NCBI GenBank assembly: GCA_002360495.1 | Contig: DEQO01000055.1 | Location: 25,645 to 89,644 of the forward strand | Length of the DNA: 64,000 nt | Direction of reading: 5' to 3' | Source of the DNA: Flavobacteriales bacterium UBA3364 | Lineage (GTDB): Bacteria > Bacteroidota > Bacteroidia > Flavobacteriales_F > PHOS-HE28 | Part shown: positions 57,894 through 64,000 of the stretch, in pieces | Layout of the letters: the number at the start of each line of letters is the position of its first letter | Position numbering within the stretch: the stretch's first letter is position 1 | Program-made: the position numbers and the translations under genes | Notes under the pieces: generated by a model | Seen by the model: only the letters and a program-made list of their open reading frames with translations | Told to the model about the DNA's origin: nothing | The model's database searches: none

Positions 57894-60800
57894 TCACTGC
57901 TCCCCAACGACCACACGCACACCTTCACTGTGCGACGAGAACTCAGGCGCATACATGCACATCGCAGTGGTGATACCATTGCTGAAGTCGCCGGCATGGG
58001 CCACCCGCAGATCGTACTCGAACACGTAGGTGCCGGGTGCGATACGATCGAAGAAGAAGTGCATGCCCGCATCGCGGATGCTCTGGTAGTAGCCAAGTCC
58101 ACCCTGCCACTTATAACCGCTGATCGCTTCAACAGGCTCCAGACCCGCCGCGCGCAGGTCCTTCAAATGCACGTAGTCCACGAAGCGGTCTGTGCGTAGT
58201 TCGATGCGGATGGTGAGCTTGTCGCCCGGCTTGAGCGCACGGGACTTGTCCAACGCGATCAGTTGTGCACCGGCATCGCTTTGTGCATGCAACATCACCT
58301 GCTTCTTGATGTTGAACGGACTTTCGTGCGGCGTCACCTTGTCCATGCGCTCCAGGTACTGCCAGTGCAACGCGCCCCACTGCACGCCGTCGCTGGCCGT
58401 GGTTACAGTGACTGCGCCCATCGCGGGCTTCACTTGCTCACCGGTCCACGACCGTACGAAGTAGCCAGTGCCGGCTTCTGCTTTGTCGGCTTTCACGCGA
58501 TCGTTCCCTACCATGATGGTCGGCTCCGCCTTCGGAGCAAGCCAGTCGTCACCCGTTAGCAAAAGCGCGTAGCACGCTTCGGAAGTTGCTTTGGTCGTCT
58601 TCCAATCGGTGGTCTGTTTCAGCTTCAACAAATACTGTCGCAAGGCATCAACACTCGCTTTGTCCTTCCCTACTTCGTGGAATGCTTCGATCATGAGCGC
58701 GTGCGTCTCCGTCGGGAAACTCCACCAATCGGAACCGGCATTGAAGCCTTTCCAATACATGCCGAGCTCTTCACTTCGTGTGGCACGCTCGTTCAACGAC
58801 TTCAGGATGAGATCCGCATTGGGCGTGGCGTCCAGACGAGCGAACGCCAACACCAGCATCGCTTGTTCCTGCAGGCCATTGGTGAGCCATGTCTCCTTTG
58901 CACGGCGCAGATAGAAATCCGTTGCGGTGCGTGTCGCACCATCGATCGGCCAGCGACGGAAGAAACTGCGTGCGTAGAGGAACTGGATGTCCGTTCCGTT
59001 GGGTACGTACTTCTCCAGGTCCTCCTTCTTCGTGTTCCGCTGCAACTCCATGTAGTCCTTCTCCAGTTCACTGTCCAACCAATTGACGGCGTTGCGCAGC
59101 ATTTGTTCGCTGAGGCCGTCGGGGCGTGTGTCGGCCGCCTTCAACGCCTCCAGGTGACCAAAGCCCGCGAGGATGTGCTGTGTGATGTTGCGCGAGGGCT
59201 GCATGCCGCTCCACCATGGCCAAGCACCGTTGGGCAGCTGCATGTCGCGCAGCTTCTTCATCGCAGTAGCTTCTTCAGCGGCCATGCGTTGCAGGTCGAA
59301 GAACAACGCGATGCGGCGTTTGCGTTCACCTTCATCCTTGGCGTTCATCACCCACGGCGTCTCTTCCAACAAGACGCCCTTCAGTTCGGGGTTCTTCTCG
59401 AGAGCGCTTAGAAAGGCTCCCTCTTTCCCTGATCCAGTTCCGGAGGAGGAGGCGCTCCATTCCGCAAAGACCTTCTTTACTGCTGGGCGCTCTTCCACGA
59501 TGTGCGTTGCGAGACGGTTCGCGTAGTAGCGACTGAACGTTTGTTCTGCGCATTCATGTGGGAACTCCATCAGGTAAGGCAATGCTTGCACGGCATACCA
59601 CGCGGGGTTCGGAGTGAATTCGAGCTTGAGGTCCTTATGCCGCAAGGTCGATCCCGCAGCGGCAGAATTCACCAGCTTCGGTAGGGTGAACGTTCTGGTC
59701 CCTGCCTTGGTGATCGATAGCGGAACGCTCTCGGTGACGAGCACTTTGTCCGTGAGGATCGGCAACGGTCTTTCTTCACCGTCGCCAACGCCTGCTGCGT
59801 TCGCGGTGATCCGTACGCTCGCAACCTCGATCCCGGCGGGTACGACGATCGCCCATCCAGCAGTCGCACTCCGGCCCGGCCCAGCCGCAAAGGGCCGTGT
59901 GGTCCTCTCTTTGGTGAAGGCTGTCGTGATGTCCTTGTTCGTGGTCGGATCGTAGAGCGTGAGTTGAGCGGTGCCGGTCACCGCTGGACCTTCGGTGGCA
60001 TTGATCTTCGCGGTGAGCACGATGCGGTCCCCCTCGCGCAGGAAACGCGGTAGGTTGGGAACGACCATCAACGGTTTGCTGGTGACGGTCTCCTTCGAGA
60101 AACTGGCAAGCTTCAGGTCCTTGGTGTGCGCCAAGCCCATCACCTTCCAACGTGTGAGCGCATCGGGAGTGGTGAAACGCAGAAGTAGGCTGCCATCGCG
60201 ATCCGTGAGCAGATCGGGGAAGAAGAACGCCGTTTCGCGGAAGTCGGTGCGGACGGGTTGACCGCCGTTCGGTGATGGTGTTGGTGCTTGTGAAGGCGGT
60301 GGAGCAGGAACCTCTTCCATCTCCCCTCCATTCATGTCCCGTTTGCCTGCACCGGGTGAGAAGGCCACATTGCCGACCTCCGAACGTTGCAGCATTTCCG
60401 CATCACCAGCGAAGCCGGATGCAACGTAAAAGGTCCCTCGTGCTACACGGTAGAGTCTGCTATATCCGAGGCCGAGATCCAATTCCGGATAACTACGCAC
60501 CGTATCCCCAGGAAAGGCAGTGCTGTAGTATATCTGTTGGCCGTGCGATGCTCCGAACGGCTCGTTCCTGTTCCAGCCGCGCTGCGCATAGTTCATGGGC
60601 CACTCGAACATGGACCATTCGTTCGCAATGAAATGATCGAGCGATGCATCATACATCACACCCAGCAGTTGCGCGGCGACCTTCTCCTTCTTAAGGCCTG
60701 TGATGCGCAAGCGCCATTCCTCCTTGGAACCCGGCAACAACTTGTCGCGGAAGGACAACCACTCCACTTGGAGTTGTTTGTTCGTCCACGGCACATCGAT

Positions 60801-63800
60801 CCTCTGTGCCATGTTGTGCACACGCCCACGTTCCACGCATAGGAAATGCACCGTGAACCCGCCGCGATCGGTCTCCACGACAGGCAATTCTATGCGCTGT
60901 TGGCCTTTGTTCAAGGTGAAGCGTCGGCTCGCGGCAATGCGACCATCACGCTCCACTTCCATCAACACACGACCGGTCGGCAATGCACTGCTCAATAGCA
61001 GTACGGCTTTCTCTCCCGGCCCGCATTTCGCCACGATCGGTTCCAGGTGGAAGGCCTCGTTCACAAAGCCCGTGTTCTGGATCGTGGTGTCATAGACCGT
61101 CACCAGTTTGCTGGCCTTCACCTCCTTCCCATCGGCGTCCTTCGCGGAAACTTCGATGCGGTACAGGCCAACGGTCCAATCGGCAATGCCACGCACCGGT
61201 AAGGACTTGCCTTTCGACAAGTGTGCCTTGTTCTCCGATCGCGTCGCATGTGCCAGCCAGCTCATCGGATCATCGCGCCAGCTGGACACTTGGAGTTCGC
61301 CTTCCAGGATGCGGTCCGGGCGCTCCCACAGCCGTTCGCGCTGCGGAGCGTCCATTGGGACGACCAGCTCCACGATACGCACATCCATCGGCACGTCCAT
61401 ATCCTGACCGTTCAGGTTCTTGATGCGCACATCGATGCTGTCCGTTGTGTTCCTATCGATCGCCTCACCCACATTGATGGCGATGTCGATGCTGCGGTAT
61501 CCGACGTTCAGCGAAGTGCTCGCGCTCTGCGTTTCGCCGGTGATGTCCGTTGCTTCTGCATCAACGGTGTAGAAGAAGGTCGGGTCGGCGCTTTCCGGGA
61601 ACGACCGATCAGCGAGCGCTTTGAACGTTACGGTGAACTCGCCCTGTGCATCGCATTGCGCTTCTCCACTGGCGATCTCGGTCTCTTGTCCCCACGGCAA
61701 TCCGCGCCAACCCCAGCCGCACCACCACGGCATGCGCGCACCACGCTTCACGGTCCACTTCACCACGGCTCCATCAAGCGGCACACCAGCATAGCTTTTC
61801 GCAACACCGCTCACGGTCGCATCCTGCTCCAACTTCGCGGCGGATGTGATCGGGTCGAAGACCACCTCGAACGTGGGCCGCTTGTATTCCTCCACCTGGA
61901 AGGATCGCCCACCGTGCTCATCATCGATGCGCATCGATCCCGTGAGACCACCTTGCGGTGCTCTGAAACTTCCGTGGAACGCTCCGAACCCGTCGGTGAT
62001 CACGTTCGCGGTATCCAACTGCTCGCCGTTCACATCGAAGAAGCGGACCGTGGTCTTGAACGAGGGTTTCACCTCGGCCTGTGTGCCATGCTGCACAGTG
62101 ACGATGCCTTTGTAAAAGATCTCCTGACCGGGTCGGTAGATCGCGCGATCCGTAAAGAACCAGGTGCGGATGTTCTCTTCCGGTCCTCCGTTGTTCCCGG
62201 TATACATCCACTTTGACCCGCTGATGAACGCATCTTCCTTGGCGCTCAACGACCAGATCAACTCTCCCTCGTCGCCTTTCAGGTTGGTGCGCACCATACC
62301 CTCCGCATCGGTGACGTATTCCGCCACCCCGATGAAACGACGAATGCCCGTATAGTCCCTGTTCCTGACGTAGGCCCATGCCTTGACCCCCGAAATAGGA
62401 GCTCCGGTCCAGCGATCAAGCACCAACAGGTCCAGATCGGAACCGTTGTTCCGATCGGACAACATGAAGCGCGTGACCCAGAACGGTGCATGCACGATCA
62501 CGTCCTTCTCCGTTGTAAAACCCTCGGATCCGCTGACAATGAGGCTGTATCGACCGAACGAGAGGCCTTGGATGGGCAATTCGATGAGGTGTGCGTTCAG
62601 ATCGCCATCGTCCGGCAGATCCACCTCCCATTCGGCAACTGCGCGCTGTGCCAACAACCATTCCGGGTGGTCGATCCGGGGTTCGGAAACGCCATTGATA
62701 TCAAGGGGGTCCTTCACCACCCGCAGACGAACGTGCTTCGTGTTCGTGTAGGTCAACGCGAGTTGCGAAACCTCGTTCGGGACCACGGCCTCCTCCAGTT
62801 GCACTGCGATGGACGGCATCTCCAATGTCGCTTTCAGCGCGGCAGCGTTCTTCGCCCCGAACGAACCGGGAAAGCGTACGATCGCCTCGTCGCACAGATC
62901 ACGTGCGGTGCGTTTCTCCCACTTCCATTGCTCGCCCGCAAGCCGCTGGTACCTGGCACCTTGCTCTGCATGCCAATGTGCAATGGCCACCGATACCTCA
63001 GCCCAGCACGTATGGTCCGGGATCCGGGAGCGCAGTGCTTCCAACGCCTGCACGTAGAGCGAGTCCTTGTTCGGTAGCGTGCTTGCATCACGCACGTAAT
63101 TCAGCCGCTGCAACACGACATCGGTCAGGGCATCGGGCGTATTGTCGTTCAAGTGTTGACGTTCCAATGCCTGGTACAACCGCATCGCTTGGAACTCCCA
63201 TGCCGCGCTATCGCGGTGCTGCAATTTGCGCGAGGTGAAAGGCTCGAAGAGATCGAAGTCCTTCGCGTCGTCCAACTCGAACCGCCATGATGGTTCGGTC
63301 AACCGTGTTTCCGAATTCGTGAAGACCGCCAATGCACGGTGTGCCAGAACATCGAATACGGTCGGCCGCAATTTCCGGGTTCCTTCATCACCGGTCAGCA
63401 GATCGCCCAATTCCCCGACGGGGATGCGTTTCAATGTATCGTCCGGAGCGAGCGAGGCCGCATACGAATCGATGACCTTTCGCATGTACGTGGCTTGCGA
63501 CCATGTAGCGGGATCGGCACCGTCCTCCTGCATGTTCGTGCGCTCCAGTATGCGCCAGCGGTCCATCTGATAGCGGCTCCACCAACCGTCGGCTGCTGCC
63601 GAGTACAACAACTGTTTCAGCGGCACCGGGCTGGAGAGCGCACGCGCTTCCAACTGTTGCATGCCGCTGTCCACATCCATCCCGATGTAGCCCTGGAACC
63701 TATTGCGGTACATCCAAGCGCGGAATTCCGTACGCCATTCGCCGGAAGCCTGTGCTTCGTTCAAAAGCGCTTCCGTTCGTTCCAGTGCCGTGGCATATTG

Positions 63801-63944
63801 GCCCAGGTCGCTCAACGAATCCACCACGGCCCAACGCGGGTCCTTTGCTGCGGGACCGGTAGTCACGACCGTACGTTTGGAGCGGCAGGTGACGAAAAGT
63901 GTGACAACGGCAAGGAGAAGGAGCGAGGAGCGTACAAGTCGCAT
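57894..63944 (-). CDS. Alpha-2-macroglobulin family protein (bacterial A2M, thioester-containing, lipoprotein)
   Basis: Listed ORF 57894..63980; ATG at 63944 gives MRLVRSSLLLLAVVTLFVTC, ~2016 aa. Thioester motif FPHECAEQTF; TED-like NGAWPWWSG..ITQHILAGFGHL; multiple MG-like beta domains. Confidence 0.8.
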   Translation of the reverse strand: MRLVRSSLLLLAVVTLFVTCRSKRTVVTTGPAAKDPRWAVVDSLSDLGQYATALERTEALLNEAQASGEWRTEFRAWMYRNRFQGYIGMDVDSGMQQLEARALSSPVPLKQLLYSAAADGWWSRYQMDRWRILERTNMQEDGADPATWSQATYMRKVIDSYAASLAPDDTLKRIPVGELGDLLTGDEGTRKLRPTVFDVLAHRALAVFTNSETRLTEPSWRFELDDAKDFDLFEPFTSRKLQHRDSAAWEFQAMRLYQALERQHLNDNTPDALTDVVLQRLNYVRDASTLPNKDSLYVQALEALRSRIPDHTCWAEVSVAIAHWHAEQGARYQRLAGEQWKWEKRTARDLCDEAIVRFPGSFGAKNAAALKATLEMPSIAVQLEEAVVPNEVSQLALTYTNTKHVRLRVVKDPLDINGVSEPRIDHPEWLLAQRAVAEWEVDLPDDGDLNAHLIELPIQGLSFGRYSLIVSGSEGFTTEKDVIVHAPFWVTRFMLSDRNNGSDLDLLVLDRWTGAPISGVKAWAYVRNRDYTGIRRFIGVAEYVTDAEGMVRTNLKGDEGELIWSLSAKEDAFISGSKWMYTGNNGGPEENIRTWFFTDRAIYRPGQEIFYKGIVTVQHGTQAEVKPSFKTTVRFFDVNGEQLDTANVITDGFGAFHGSFRAPQGGLTGSMRIDDEHGGRSFQVEEYKRPTFEVVFDPITSAAKLEQDATVSGVAKSYAGVPLDGAVVKWTVKRGARMPWWCGWGWRGLPWGQETEIASGEAQCDAQGEFTVTFKALADRSFPESADPTFFYTVDAEATDITGETQSASTSLNVGYRSIDIAINVGEAIDRNTTDSIDVRIKNLNGQDMDVPMDVRIVELVVPMDAPQRERLWERPDRILEGELQVSSWRDDPMSWLAHATRSENKAHLSKGKSLPVRGIADWTVGLYRIEVSAKDADGKEVKASKLVTVYDTTIQNTGFVNEAFHLEPIVAKCGPGEKAVLLLSSALPTGRVLMEVERDGRIAASRRFTLNKGQQRIELPVVETDRGGFTVHFLCVERGRVHNMAQRIDVPWTNKQLQVEWLSFRDKLLPGSKEEWRLRITGLKKEKVAAQLLGVMYDASLDHFIANEWSMFEWPMNYAQRGWNRNEPFGASHGQQIYYSTAFPGDTVRSYPELDLGLGYSRLYRVARGTFYVASGFAGDAEMLQRSEVGNVAFSPGAGKRDMNGGEMEEVPAPPPSQAPTPSPNGGQPVRTDFRETAFFFPDLLTDRDGSLLLRFTTPDALTRWKVMGLAHTKDLKLASFSKETVTSKPLMVVPNLPRFLREGDRIVLTAKINATEGPAVTGTAQLTLYDPTTNKDITTAFTKERTTRPFAAGPGRSATAGWAIVVPAGIEVASVRITANAAGVGDGEERPLPILTDKVLVTESVPLSITKAGTRTFTLPKLVNSAAAGSTLRHKDLKLEFTPNPAWYAVQALPYLMEFPHECAEQTFSRYYANRLATHIVEERPAVKKVFAEWSASSSGTGSGKEGAFLSALEKNPELKGVLLEETPWVMNAKDEGERKRRIALFFDLQRMAAEEATAMKKLRDMQLPNGAWPWWSGMQPSRNITQHILAGFGHLEALKAADTRPDGLSEQMLRNAVNWLDSELEKDYMELQRNTKKEDLEKYVPNGTDIQFLYARSFFRRWPIDGATRTATDFYLRRAKETWLTNGLQEQAMLVLAFARLDATPNADLILKSLNERATRSEELGMYWKGFNAGSDWWSFPTETHALMIEAFHEVGKDKASVDALRQYLLKLKQTTDWKTTKATSEACYALLLTGDDWLAPKAEPTIMVGNDRVKADKAEAGTGYFVRSWTGEQVKPAMGAVTVTTASDGVQWGALHWQYLERMDKVTPHESPFNIKKQVMLHAQSDAGAQLIALDKSRALKPGDKLTIRIELRTDRFVDYVHLKDLRAAGLEPVEAISGYKWQGGLGYYQSIRDAGMHFFFDRIAPGTYVFEYDLRVAHAGDFSNGITTAMCMYAPEFSSHSEGVRVVVGEQ

Positions 63945-64000
63945 GCGGGAATTGTGTTCAGGAGCAAAGGTGCGGCGCACGAACGCACATCCAACGACGT

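Noticed and set aside
1-64000. CRISPR arrays, IS elements or transposases, integrons
   Set aside because: No regularly spaced direct repeats, terminal inverted repeats flanking a transposase-like ORF, or DDE/HTH transposase motifs were seen anywhere in the window.

Overview
This 64 kb window is high-GC (about 63-65%), gene-dense and strongly GC3-biased. Several proteins carry T9SS type-A C-terminal sorting domains, which together with TPR/HisKA_3 sensor kinases and a sigma-54 gene points to a Bacteroidota/Rhodothermota-like organism. Most long ORFs antisense to real genes in the supplied track are high-GC artefacts. Housekeeping and ordinary content: an RND efflux operon on the minus strand (TetR, TolC, adaptor, partial permease; 1..6020), asnS, rpoN, an elongator tRNA-Met(CAT), methylmalonyl-CoA epimerase, an S9 peptidase, a HAD hydrolase, a fused MFS/spermidine-synthase protein, and an alpha-2-macroglobulin (thioester CAEQ). 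Accessory or unusual content: (1) two tandem paralogous TPR sensor histidine kinases plus one NarL-type response regulator (6218..10850), immediately upstream of a translationally coupled operon (4-bp ATGA overlaps) encoding an outer-membrane beta-barrel-like protein (587 aa ORF), a 2321-aa secreted giant protein and a 692-aa multi-FN3 protein (10938..21717). This is my best candidate for an undescribed envelope system. (2) Downstream of it, a cluster of surface-fibre genes: a small T9SS-CTD protein, an 880-aa protein with three collagen (G-P-Q) triple-helix blocks, tail-fibre-like NTA repeats and a C-terminal peptidase-S74 intramolecular-chaperone domain, and a second fibre-like protein (21838..26659), with no other phage genes nearby. 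(3) A T1SS-like exporter locus (ABC, HlyD, TolC; 34591..39082) divergent from a TetR plus double-zinc-ribbon gene pair, with two palindromes in the 97-bp divergent promoter region and a small CutA-like gene downstream. (4) A Sec-signal-bearing Hcp-family (T6SS tube-like) protein immediately downstream of the alpha-2-macroglobulin, with no other T6SS genes in the window. (5) A decayed GH29 alpha-L-fucosidase remnant in the 45.07-45.57 kb intergenic gap. Also present: a TPR-anchored class III adenylate/guanylate cyclase, four further T9SS cargo proteins (intradiol-dioxygenase-like, Kelch-flanking, FN3-like), DUF1684, a TfoX-N-like protein, an MscS-like channel, and an ArsC/Spx-family protein. 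No CRISPR array, IS element, integrase or rRNA was seen.
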